A stretch of 64,000 nucleotides of DNA from NCBI GenBank assembly GCA_965140785.1, contig OZ223505.1, positions 121,018-185,017 on the forward strand. The letters run 5' to 3'. The position numbers were made by a program, and so were the translations under genes. The notes below the pieces were generated by a model. The model had not been told where the DNA came from, did no database searches, and worked only from the letters and a program-made list of their open reading frames with translations. Source of the stretch: an uncultured Ruficoccus sp. Its GTDB lineage: Bacteria > Verrucomicrobiota > Verrucomicrobiia > Opitutales > Cerasicoccaceae. Below are positions 1 to 9,747 of this stretch, in pieces; position 1 is the stretch's first letter; every line of letters starts with the position of its first letter.

Positions 1-414
1 CTCGTTGGTCAGGGTCTCCTGCAAGGGCTTGATCAGGACTTTGTTGACCCGCTTGGGGAAGAGAAACATCAGGTCGATGTCGCTGAAGGGGCTCAGCTCC
101 TCGCGCCCGTAGCCACCGAGGGCGACCAAGGCTACCTCGCAGGGGAGCTTACCATGGGCGCGCTTGTAGGTCTCCAGGGCGAACTCGAAGAGCTGCTGGA
201 GGAGCACGTCGATCATGATGGAGCGGGACTTGGCCACGCGCAGCCCGGAGTCGCCCTTGCGGTGGTAGCGCTGGAGCATTTCGCGCTCCAGGCGGGCGTA
301 TTGCTTGAGCTTGGGCAGGCGCTCGCCCACGCCTTCACCGGGCGCGAAGTCGAGGCGCTTCTCGGCGTGTTGGCGAATGCGGCGGATCAACGGATCTGGC
401 GAAGTCGGGCTCAA
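1..414 (-). CDS. glnD: [protein-PII] uridylyltransferase, N-terminal part (runs off window edge)
   Basis: Manual minus-strand translation gives VALVALGGYGREELSPFSDIDLMFLFP, the GlnD nucleotidyltransferase motif; putative TTG start at 414. Not in the ORF track because it is truncated. Confidence 0.85.
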   Translation of the reverse strand, partial: MSPTSPDPLIRRIRQHAEKRLDFAPGEGVGERLPKLKQYARLEREMLQRYHRKGDSGLRVAKSRSIMIDVLLQQLFEFALETYKRAHGKLPCEVALVALGGYGREELSPFSDIDLMFLFPKRVNKVLIKPLQETLTNE

Positions 415-501
415 AACCCTCTTAATCACGCAGATGGCATGGCGGTTGACAACGGGGAAAATGCCTGAGGCCGGATAATTCTTGCCCCCGGGGCGGAAGC
501 C

Positions 502-543
502 AAAGAGCCGCGGGCGTATCCATGCCGGATTGCCCGCGGCTCG
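502..543 (-). terminator. GC-rich hairpin, probable intrinsic terminator
   Basis: GAGCCGCGGGC...GCCCGCGGCTC 11-bp stem followed by a short T run on the minus strand, downstream of the 668-1547 gene. Confidence 0.5.
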
Positions 544-667
544 AAGAACCGAATGAACAGGCTCGTAGTCTCTGCGCCTAGCGGTGTCCGATTTCCTCTC
601 TGGGTGATGAGGAAAAAATGGAGAGATTTCTAAATCTCTCGCGTGTCATTGCCCCGCCCTTGGTGGT

Positions 668-1547
668 CTATTTGGTTTTGTTTTTTGGGGGGGACTTGTC
701 TTTTGGGTCTTCTATCTCAAATGTACTTGGTTTTGGGTCTTCTACTTCAAATGTATCGAGTGGCTTTCGGACGCTGCTACTCTCTACTTCATTTGAATCA
801 TCGGCTTTTTCCAGGCCTGGGTTAGATTTGGGGCTTTTGAAGCTGGAGGCAAAAAGGTTCAGACTGGGCTTTTCCACCAATGATTCCGGATCCTTTTGAG
901 CCTTCTCCTCAGGGGGGTTTCCCTGCAAGGAATGCTCATTGGGCTTTTCCGCCGATGATTTCGGATCCTTTTGAGCCTTCTCCTGAGGGGGCTCCCCTGC
1001 AAAGGGATGCTTATTGGAATTAGTTACATCTGTAATTTTTGTGAGGCTACTTCTTGATTCTGAAGCCATGTCTGCAGACTGCTGTTTTTTTTTCCGGAGT
1101 GCGGTACGACGCGGGGTCATCAGGATCCTCTTTGCGTTCTTCCTCGGTATCTAGATTCTCATCAGCTTCATTGATAACTGCCAGGCCATCCTTTTCAAAA
1201 TCTTTAGCTAGTTTTTCACCTTCCTCGACGACTGCCTTGAGACGCCGATAAGAGAGGGGGCTCCCCCGTGAGATTTGCTGGTCCAGATAACGAAGCGTAG
1301 TGTTCGAGAGGTTATTCGCGTACTTATCCCGCAGTGCTTGGTTTGTTCTCTTGTTGTTCTCCTTGTAGGGGCCATAGAGTGCACGCCCGATAAAGCGGAA
1401 AAGCCTGCCGATCCATGAAGTCGCGAAATAGCCTTTGGGATCTCGAATCTCCTTGGTTGCGTCGTTTTTTTCGATATAGAGTTGGTCCTGCTCATTGGCA
1501 ATCCCATTTTTAAGGTTACTAAGAGCATTGTCGATCCACTGTGTCAT
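668..1547 (-). CDS. Hypothetical protein, candidate type III effector; split by a frameshift at a 9-nt homopolymer
   Basis: ORFs 1047-1547 and 668-1120 overlap across the T9 run at 1085-1093; lower GC than flanks; repeat-rich charged C-terminus; adjacent to a CesT-like gene. Confidence 0.55.
701..755. repeat. 30-nt tandem duplication in coding sequence (TFEVEDPKPS / TFEIEDPKDK)
   Basis: ttttgggtcttcta..tcaaatgta at 701 and 731. Confidence 0.85.
866..1015. repeat. 75-nt tandem duplication in coding sequence (25-aa unit containing PP.EKAQKDP)
   Basis: ggatccttttgagccttctcct at 888 and 963. Confidence 0.85.
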
Positions 1548-1790
1548 AGTATTTAGTGTTTGGTTTGTTTGTGATTGTTGTTTGGCAATTATTCAGCCAT
1601 CTGCGGCTGCCGCGCCTAAGGGGTGGTCTCTGGAGAAGATGGGGGGCTGGGAGGCATGGGGCGCGAATTTAGAGGGTAATTGCCGGTCGCCTGGTTTTGA
1701 CGGCTGTTGCGGTGAGTTTGAGTCGTGACGGAGTGGTGAGGCTGTGGATTCTGCGGTTGATGCCCGGAGGGGGTATCCGGTGTTTGTGCC

Positions 1791-2234
1791 TTACACGCGT
1801 GGATAATTGGTCTCGGTCAAATTCGCCTCCGCGCCTTCAGGTCGCTCCATAAACATCGGTTCGGATAAATCGTCGGCCGCATGGAGGAGGCTCTCTACGG
1901 CTGCCATCAGCATCTGTACGTTCAGGCTCTCAAGGCTCTCCATGATTGCCAGGATGAGGTCGTCGCCCTCGGCGGGCAGGCTGGCAATGATCCCGCTTGT
2001 CTCGATCGCGGCGGTATTGATCCTGAGCAGCAAATCCTTCTCCTGCTCAGTGACTTCCCGACCCCGGATCTGGCAGCTGACCGCGAGATGGGTGCTGTCT
2101 TCGGTCAGGGCGATCTTCAGCGTGTATTTTTCATCAACATCAAAAACGATTTGCTCGAGATCGGGCTCAAGTTTCATCGGGAGCCCGGAGTTGGTGGAAA
2201 AATCTTCGAGCAATCTTTCAAACTTTGCATTCAT
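1791..2234 (-). CDS. CesT/SycE-like class I type III secretion chaperone
   Basis: 147 aa, acidic; N-terminal helix, strand-like segment, LLLRIN helix, C-terminal amphipathic helix and tail ending RV, the layout of CesT-family chaperones. Confidence 0.65.
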   Translation of the reverse strand: MNAKFERLLEDFSTNSGLPMKLEPDLEQIVFDVDEKYTLKIALTEDSTHLAVSCQIRGREVTEQEKDLLLRINTAAIETSGIIASLPAEGDDLILAIMESLESLNVQMLMAAVESLLHAADDLSEPMFMERPEGAEANLTETNYPRV

Positions 2235-2842
2235 CGTTGTCAGTCTTTCGGGTTAATATGATATCCGTGGATGTAGAAAGTGGCTGGCGGCTGGGGCATC
2301 GTCTGTGAAGAGGCTCCTGTTGGGGATAGCGATGCCACTTGGGGTCAAAGGGTAAGCGGTGGCGACAAACCTTGTTCAGGCTTTACGGATATGCCGCCCT
2401 CCTCCGGCCACAAACAAGTCGTCCTGACTGAGGTCAGGCCGCACGGACAAAAAAAATCACAAAATTCAGAGAAGCCTGGAGCAGGGGCCTCTTGTCCGCG
2501 TGGTTCAGGGTGGTTACTGACAGCCATCAGATATCTATATTAATATTTTTTATGGGTATATCAATCATATATTATGAGTTGTCTGCCTTGCGTATGTTTT
2601 ATAGATGATTGTTTTCTAGAGAAGATTTATATTAATGACGCTTATCATTGGGTGATTATGTAATGATTGAGAAGGGGTTGATCCTCAGGGTTTAACTATG
2701 CTGGCGCGTGCAGGCCTTTCCGTTTCGGATTACTCCGGGGAAAATACGCGAGGCCGCATAACTCTTGCGCCGGGCGTCGATTCTCCTTAATCAAGACAAA
2801 CCTTCTCTCCACTCTCAATCTCTCTTCACCCAAGGCTCCCCC

Positions 2843-3508
2843 ATGACCCAGGTTCTTTTAACCGGTTTCGGCAGTTGGGCCGGCAGTAACGCCAACCCCT
2901 CCGAGCTTGTGGCCCGCGCTTTCGACGGCAAAACGCTCGCCGGGGCGCAGGTCTCGGCCATTACGCCGCCCAACATTTTCAAGGAGATGATCAGTTTCAC
3001 CACGGCGGAGATCGACCGGCGCAAGCCGGACGTGGTCATCATGATGGGGGAATTCTGCGGACGGGGACTTTTAACGGTCGAGCGTCTGGCCCAGAACCTG
3101 ATCGACGCGACCCGCTACGGGCTCGGCGACAGCGCGGGGGACCAGCCGCAGGACGAGCCCGTGGTGGCCGGTGGCCCGGTCGCCTACAAGGCCACGCTGC
3201 CCATCCGCGCCATGGTCAAGGCCATGCGGGCGGCTGGCATCCCGGCGGACATTTCTGACACGGGTGGCACCTTCGGCTGCAACCTGCTCATGTACGGCGT
3301 GCTCCACCACCTCGCGGTGAACGATTGGCCTGCCCGCGCCGGGTGGGTGCACCTGCCCTCGCTGCCGGCCACCGCCGCGCTCGACGAAAACCTCGGCATG
3401 CCCAGCATGGCGCTCGACACCCAGGTCGCCGGGCTCGAAGCCGGGATCATCGCCGCCGTCGAGCATCCCGCTGACATCGACGCGGCGATTAAGTCAAACT
3501 TCCAGTAA
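2843..3508 (+). CDS. pcp: Pyroglutamyl-peptidase I (peptidase C15)
   Basis: LLTGF..NPS, TVERLAQN, GTFGCN (catalytic Cys), WVHLP (catalytic His). Confidence 0.92.
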   Translation: MTQVLLTGFGSWAGSNANPSELVARAFDGKTLAGAQVSAITPPNIFKEMISFTTAEIDRRKPDVVIMMGEFCGRGLLTVERLAQNLIDATRYGLGDSAGDQPQDEPVVAGGPVAYKATLPIRAMVKAMRAAGIPADISDTGGTFGCNLLMYGVLHHLAVNDWPARAGWVHLPSLPATAALDENLGMPSMALDTQVAGLEAGIIAAVEHPADIDAAIKSNFQ

Positions 3509-3618
3509 CCGGCCGGGAGTCGGGGCTTTGAGAATTGTCGAGCTGAGGACACGAAATTCAGACCCAAACAGACACGAGGATGTGACCTAGAGAGGTTTGC
3601 GTACAGGGCCTCGTGTCG

Positions 3619-3775
3619 TGTTAGCCTAGTTCCTGATAAAATGCGAATGGCCACAACAGGCACAAAAAGCACAAAACCGGAACTGGCCTCTCTAGATTCG
3701 CGCCTTATCCTGATTTTTTATGAGTTTTGTGCCTTTTTGTGGCTCAAATACATCTTCATGGAACTCAGCTAACAC
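3619..3775. repeat. Imperfect palindromic intergenic element
   Basis: Outer arms gtgttagcctagttcc / ggaactcagctaacac; inner arms gccacaacaggcacaaaa / ttttgtgcctttttgtggc. Confidence 0.7.
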
Positions 3776-3935
3776 CATACTAGGTCTGGTAGCTGGTTAT
3801 CTGAGACTCTCGGTGGTTTTCATCCACGCACAGAATATTTCAGGCCTAACTGTGCCCAACTGTGGAATCTGTGGACAAATATAAACTCACCTTCGGCTAG
3901 GACTTGATCTGCTCTCAGCCCAGCCAGCGACGCCC

Positions 3936-4409
3936 CTATAAGCCGGGATGCTGCCCGGCCTCGGGGTCGAGCTCGGTGATGAGCAGCTCCTGCAGACCGG
4001 CCAGGAAGATATAGCAGGCGTACACCTGTTGGAGTTCCGGCTCCATCTCCTCGAAATCGAGCCCGCCCTCTTCGAGCTGTTCGTCGCCATAGGACTTGAG
4101 AAAAAGCTGATGGATCTTCAGCCGGACTGCCGAGCAGGCCCGCAGGATGGCCAGCGCTTTTTCCTCGGTGAGCACGACCTTCTGCCGCCCCAGGCCGGAG
4201 TCCTTCATCAGCGTGATCAACTGCTCACAATCCTCCCGCGCCGCATTGAGCAGACCCTCGCGCCAGGCCTCCAGCAAGTCCTCGTCGTCCTCGTCCGGCC
4301 CCTCTAGGTTGACCGCCAGCTGCACGCCGATATGCCGCGAGAAGTTCTCCACCAGTTCGAGAAAGGTGGTCAAAAATACCGGGCTGATCCTGAGGTGAAG
4401 TTCGGGCAT
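3936..4409 (-). CDS. DUF2017-like protein
   Basis: Acidic ~157-aa protein downstream of clpS with LRACSAVRL and FLAGLQELLI segments; the clpS-DUF2017 pairing is common. Confidence 0.6.
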   Translation of the reverse strand: MPELHLRISPVFLTTFLELVENFSRHIGVQLAVNLEGPDEDDEDLLEAWREGLLNAAREDCEQLITLMKDSGLGRQKVVLTEEKALAILRACSAVRLKIHQLFLKSYGDEQLEEGGLDFEEMEPELQQVYACYIFLAGLQELLITELDPEAGQHPGL

Positions 4410-4507
4410 GGTGTGAAGCGGCGTGCTAAACCAAATCCAGCCGCCGGATAAATGCAAGGCTCAGCTCCGGGTACCAGCAAAGCTCCTGAGGCATCTGAGG
4501 GGAACTG

Positions 4508-4804
4508 TCACTCCCCCTTGTCGCGCTGGAGGCAGGCGCTGAGCTGCCACTCCTGAAGTTGGTAGACGTAGCTCTCGGCCTCCTCGCGCCCGCCCGACCA
4601 GAGCACCGAGCGGCCCAGTTCGTGGACTTCGAGCATGTGCTTGCGGGCTTTTTCCAGGTCGTAGCCGAAGACCCGCCGAAAGACCATGACGACGTAGTCC
4701 ATCAGGTTGACCGGGTCGTTGAGCACGACAACCAACCATGGTAGGTCGGCCTCAGTCTCGGTCTTGGTGACAGGCGCGGTCAGCGGTTGGGAAGTTTCGG
4801 CCAT
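4508..4804 (-). CDS. clpS: ATP-dependent Clp protease adaptor ClpS
   Basis: WLVVVLNDPVNLMDYVVMVFRRVFGY..ARKHMLEVHELGRS motif. Confidence 0.92.
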   Translation of the reverse strand: MAETSQPLTAPVTKTETEADLPWLVVVLNDPVNLMDYVVMVFRRVFGYDLEKARKHMLEVHELGRSVLWSGGREEAESYVYQLQEWQLSACLQRDKGE

Positions 4805-4933
4805 GGCAATGCGGAGCGGCCACCCTTTAGGCGACTCTCTCAAAAGCTTACCCGGCCGCAGTGAGCCCGCAAGTCCGAATGGCCCAAGCCCGGTCCGCAA
4901 TCGACGAACGGGTCCTTGGGTGCAAATCCTGGA

Positions 4934-7688
4934 CTAGACCTTACGTTTGCCGATCTGCTGGCGCAGCAGGCCGGCGAAGTTCTCCAGCTCCTGCTCCAGC
5001 GTGGGCATAAACTGCGCGATACTCTCGGACTCGCCGGTGAGCGCGGCATTTTCCAGGCTCTCCGCCAGATGGCTCAGGCGCTCAGCTTGGAAGATCGAGG
5101 CCCCGCCCTTGATGCTGTGGGCGAGATGATTGAGCTCGGCGAACTCGCCATGCTGCCAGGCTTGGGAAAGTTTTTCCCAATCCGTCCGGTAGTTTTGCAG
5201 GAAGATATCCGCGGCCGAGAGCAGATCATCCCGGTCCTCGCTGGGCAGCTCCTTGAACAACTGGTCCAGGTCACCTGCGCGGGAGGGGGCACACTCGATG
5301 GCATGCCCGACTCCGCTTTTCTCCAAATCCGAGGAAATGCCCTCCAAAACCGAGCGCAACTTGGCCGCGCGAAAAGGTTTGGCGATGTAGGCATCCATCC
5401 CGGCTTCCAGGCACAGGGCCTCGTCGCTGGCCATGGCGCGTGCGGTCATGGCCACAATGATGGTGCGCGAATCGCGCTTGGCCTCCCTCTCGCGAATCTT
5501 GCGGGTGGCCTCGATGCCGTCCATTTCGGGCATCTGCACATCCATCAGGATCAGGTCGAAACGCACGGCCTGGCAGGCCTCAACCGCCAGGCGTCCATTT
5601 TCCACCACGGTGACCTCGTGCCCCATTTTTTTCAGGCGGCGCAGGGTTACCTCCTGGTTGATCGGGTTGTCCTCGGCCAGCAGGACGCGCATCGGCTTCA
5701 TCGCCACCTCTTCGTCCTTCGGGAAGGGCGAACGGCTCTCCACCGTGCGCGAGGGGTGGCGGTGCCGCACCGGCACGGACACGTCGAAAATTTCCAGCAC
5801 GACCTCCAGCAAGACGGACTGTTTGATCGGCTTGCTCAGAAAACGCTGAATACCCATGTCGGTGGCCCGGCGTGCCTCGTCCTGATTGAGCGAGGAGGAG
5901 AGTAGGACGATCTTTGCCTCGCTCAGCTGCTGGCGGTTGACGATCAGGCCGGCTACTTCCAGCCCGCTCAGATGCGGCATCTGCTGGTCCAGCAGGATTA
6001 GTTGGTAGGGCTCCTCGTCGCTCACGGCGCGCTCCAGCATCTCCAGCCCCTGGAGCCCGCCCTCGGCGCACCGGGCCTCGAAGCCCCAGTGCCGGCAAAG
6101 CTCGGTCAGGATGGTGCGGTTGGTCTGGTGGTCGTCGATGATCAGCACCCGCAGGCCCTCCAGCTGCTTGAGCTGCTTGCGCGGGACGCTCTCGCGCCGC
6201 CGCAGGGCCTGGAAGGGAATCTCCACCGAAAAGGTCGAACCCTGGTCGAGGCAGCTCTGAACAGTGATCGAGCCGCCCATCATCTCCGCCAACTGGCGGC
6301 AAATGGACAGGCCCAGCCCCGTCCCGCCGTACTTGCGGGTGGTCGAAGTGTCGGCCTGGGTAAAGCTGTCGAAAATCGCCGCCTGACGCGACTCGGGAAT
6401 GCCGATCCCGGTATCGGAGACGGAGAAACAGATGCGCGTCTGCCCCTCGACTTCGCCCACCGGCGCAGCTGAGACCACGATCTCGCCCTCGTCGGTGAAC
6501 TTGACCGCGTTGCTGATCAAGTTGCTCAGGATCTGGCGGAAGCGCGTGGGGTCGCCCCGCACGTGCGCGGGCAGTTTGGAGTCGAGCTGGAGGGCCAGTT
6601 CGATGCCCTTTTCGCGGGTCTGGCCGACAAACTGATCCAGACACTCCTCTATCGTCGTGACGAGGTTGAAATTGATTTCCTCCAGTTCGAGCTGGCCGGA
6701 TTCGATCTTGGAAAAGTCCAGCAGATCGTTGATCAAGGTGAGCAGGGTGTTGCTACAGTTGACGATGGTCTGCACGTACTTCTCCTGCTCGGCGGTGAGG
6801 TCCGAATCCAGCGAAAGCTCGGCCATGCCGATGATGCCGTTGATCGGGGTGCGGATCTCGTGGCTCATATTGGCCAGGAAATCGCTCTTGGCCCGGCTGG
6901 CCTGCTCGGCTCGTGTCATGGCCTCACGCAGCTTGCGCTCCTGCTCGACCGAATCGGAAATATTGCGGCTCACGCAGACCACGCCCAAGCGCTTGTTGTT
7001 GCTGTCGAAGACCGGCATTTTCGTGGACTGGAGCCACAGGCCGGGGCCGTCCTTCAACTGGAAGTAACTGACGTTCTTGATCACCGGCTGGAGGCTGGTC
7101 AGCACCTCGTGGTCGACCTCCTCGGAGGCGATGGCGGTCTTTTCGTTGACAAAGTCCGAGAGGCGGCGCCCGATCTCGTAGCCGGGGTGCGGGGTGCGGA
7201 TCAGCCGTTGAAAGGCGCGGTTGGCGATGATGAAGTGCCCACGGATATCCTGAAAATACACGTAGTCGAGTGTGTGATCCATCAGGATCTGGAGCAGGCG
7301 AAGCTCGCTCTGGCTGCCGAGCACGATCTGGTCGTTGATGACCGGATTCTCCATCACGATGACCCAGAGCAGCCGGTCGTCATCGGGGGTCCTGCTCCAC
7401 CATGACCTCGAAGATCAGCTTCTCGTTCTCATCCGCCAGTTGCCACTTGCTATGGGTGGCCCGACCGGGCACCGAACCCGTAAGCGCGTCGGAGACGCTG
7501 TCATTCTCGCCGATGCCTTCAAACAGTTCCGTCACCGGCGGCCCTTCCTGCAACGGCGTGGAGCTGTCCAGCAGGCGCTGGAAATGACGGTTGGAATAGA
7601 CGATGTTGCCCTTGCGATCGCACACCAGAAACGGCCAAGGCATAACCTTGGATAATCCGGTCAGTTTGCTATCGTCAAATAGGCTCAT
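4934..7688 (-). CDS. Hybrid sensor histidine kinase (PAS-PAS-HisKA-HATPase-REC-REC-Hpt); one frameshift near 7385
   Basis: [60 protein letters not shown] 7380-7688 joins ORF 4934-7357 if one G of the G5 run at 7385-7389 is removed. Confidence 0.9.
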
Positions 7689-7722
7689 GCCTCGAGCTGT
7701 TCTCCTAGGATTAATACCCTAT

Positions 7723-7749
7723 CTATCGGTCTTTCGCAAGGTGCATTAA
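7723..7749 (-). promoter_or_regulatory. Sigma28 (FliA)-like promoter
   Basis: Minus strand TTAA-N15-ACCGATAG versus consensus TAAA-N15-GCCGATAA, ~35 nt upstream of the kinase start. Confidence 0.55.
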
Positions 7750-7842
7750 GCCTTTTTCTTGCCCTTGGCTTCCAACTTCTCCCATGTAGTAATGCATCTC
7801 ATAGCGCTAATCATTTGCATTTAAATGGACAATTTACCTGAC

Positions 7843-7880
7843 AATAAAAAGAAAGCGGCGGCCAAACCCTGGCCGCTGCG
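7843..7880 (-). terminator. Probable intrinsic terminator of the KS-ACP-oxidoreductase operon
   Basis: Minus strand GCAGCGGCCA-loop-TGGCCGCCGC followed by TTTCTTTTT. Confidence 0.55.
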
Positions 7881-8019
7881 TTACATTGTGATAGCAATAG
7901 TGGCGTTTGTCCTCTGTTTCAATCTCTATTTACTCCTTAGCCAATAGTTGACTGCCAGAAAGGCAGTTAGGTTCAAAAAAAACTTATCCCGACCTCTAAT
8001 AGAGCCAATAAGCCCTGGT

Positions 8020-9399
8020 TCAATTTCCGGCCAAGACCACTTTATAGTTCGCCACGATCACGCCGCTGGTCAGGGCACCCATGATGCCGATGCCGCCCTG
8101 GTCGTTGCCGACCACGAAGAGCCCCTCCATCGGCGTGCTCCCGTCAAAGGACTTCACGCTGCCCCCGTAGATGCCGCCGTTGAGGTGGCTGGTGTAGTCC
8201 ACCACGGTCTTGGGGGTGAGGGACTCGTGGTGGGCCACCGGCTCGTCCAGCAGGCCGGGGAAGCGTTGCGTCAGCTCGCTGAGCATCTTCTCCTCCAGCC
8301 GCAGCTTCTCCTGCCGGTAGGTCTCCTCGTCCAGTCCGAGCCAGAGCGAGCCCTGCTGGAAGCACCCGATCTTGAGGTGGTGAGCCGCCGGGGGTTGGGA
8401 AAAGTGGTAATTATCCGAGGCGGCCAGGGTCAGGTGCAGGTATTCCTGCCGTCCCTGCGGCGCACGCCAGTTAAAAGTCGGTTCCAGCGAAACCATCAGC
8501 AGCGTGCGGTCCATCCCGAGTTCGTCCAGCGGGCGGTTCATCGCCACCACGGTCTCGAAGACGGACAAATCCCCGCTCTCGCCCCAGACCTGGCCGGCCA
8601 GTTGCCCGGTCTCGGCCAGCCCGGCCGAGGACAGGCACACATCGGCCTCCAGTTGAGTGCCGTCGGCCAACTCCACCCCACGGAAACGCCCGCCCTCGCC
8701 GAGAATGCGCGTCACCCGGCGGCGGGTTTTCAACTCCCCGCCCAGCGATTTGAAGTGCTTGATCAGCAGGTCGAGCACGTGCTTGATGTCCGGCGGTGAG
8801 CCGCAGCCCTCCAGGAAGATCGAGCGGAAAACCGTGCCGAAGGTGGCGGCATCAATCTGCCCCTCGCGGTAGCCGCCGTAGATGTACACAGGCAGCTCCA
8901 GCAGGTCCATCAGCAGCGGGGAAGAAAAATACTCACTCAGCAGCTCACGGCTGCCGGCCCGCTGGAGCGTGGCGGTGTCCTGCGGTTTTTTCAGGTCGGC
9001 GCAGAAGCGGTCAAAGGCGTCGATCTCGCCCGCAAACTCCTGCCGGATGGACGCGCGCAGCTGCTCCGGGTCATTGCCGAAAAGCAGCTCCCCCTGCGGG
9101 GTCTGAAGCGCGGAGGGGTGCTTGGGCGGGGCCAGCTTGAAGGCCTCCGGCTCCAGGCCGAGATTGCGGCAGATCAGGCCGAAGCCCCAGCGGCGGTTCT
9201 TCGCGTTGAAATTGGTGACCGTGTGCAGGCCGCTGTTGTACAGGTTGCCCTTGCCCCGGTAGTAGTAGGAGTTGAGCCCGCCGGGCAGGACGTGGGACTC
9301 CAGAATGAGCACCCGCTGCTGAAACTGCGCCAGCCGGATACCGGCTGCCAGTCCGGCAAAGCCCGCGCCAATGATAATCGTATCGTATCGCTCAGCCAA
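8020..9399 (-). CDS. Phytoene desaturase-family FAD-dependent oxidoreductase
   Basis: IIIGAGFAGL FAD motif, ILESH..PGG, C-terminal TP..YT..GGIYG and GIMGALTSG. Confidence 0.85.
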   Translation of the reverse strand: MAERYDTIIIGAGFAGLAAGIRLAQFQQRVLILESHVLPGGLNSYYYRGKGNLYNSGLHTVTNFNAKNRRWGFGLICRNLGLEPEAFKLAPPKHPSALQTPQGELLFGNDPEQLRASIRQEFAGEIDAFDRFCADLKKPQDTATLQRAGSRELLSEYFSSPLLMDLLELPVYIYGGYREGQIDAATFGTVFRSIFLEGCGSPPDIKHVLDLLIKHFKSLGGELKTRRRVTRILGEGGRFRGVELADGTQLEADVCLSSAGLAETGQLAGQVWGESGDLSVFETVVAMNRPLDELGMDRTLLMVSLEPTFNWRAPQGRQEYLHLTLAASDNYHFSQPPAAHHLKIGCFQQGSLWLGLDEETYRQEKLRLEEKMLSELTQRFPGLLDEPVAHHESLTPKTVVDYTSHLNGGIYGGSVKSFDGSTPMEGLFVVGNDQGGIGIMGALTSGVIVANYKVVLAGN

Positions 9400-9473
9400 G
9401 CGTGCGGTTTCCTGGGGGAGAGAGGCGGAGAAAAGCCCGTTCGGGTGGCCTTCGCCAGGAGCGGACTCGGGAC

Positions 9474-9731
9474 CTAGGCCTTGAGGGCCTCGAACTTAGG
9501 CTGCAGGTAGTCGGCGCAGCTGTCCAGAGAGGCCAACTGGGGGTAGTCCTCTTCGGGCACTTCGATGCCGTGCTGCTTGCGCAGTTCCATCACGATGTCG
9601 AGAAAGTCCATGGAATCGAGGTCGAGCTGGTCGCGCAGACGCACGTCAGGCTTGACGTCCGACAAGTCTTCGTCGGGCGCGATTTCAGCGATGATGTCCA
9701 GCACGATCTGCTTGATTTCGTCTTTGGTCAT
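9474..9731 (-). CDS. Acyl carrier protein (secondary)
   Basis: 85 aa, acidic, LDLDSMDFLDI phosphopantetheine Ser motif. Confidence 0.9.
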   Translation of the reverse strand: MTKDEIKQIVLDIIAEIAPDEDLSDVKPDVRLRDQLDLDSMDFLDIVMELRKQHGIEVPEEDYPQLASLDSCADYLQPKFEALKA

Positions 9732-9747
9732 ATTCCTTGGGTCAATT

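Noticed and set aside
2235..2345. Shared or sigma54 promoter upstream of the two chaperone genes
   Set aside because: TGGCAT near 2337 lacks the -12 GC at the required spacing, and similarity to the 14640 region is limited to a few bases.
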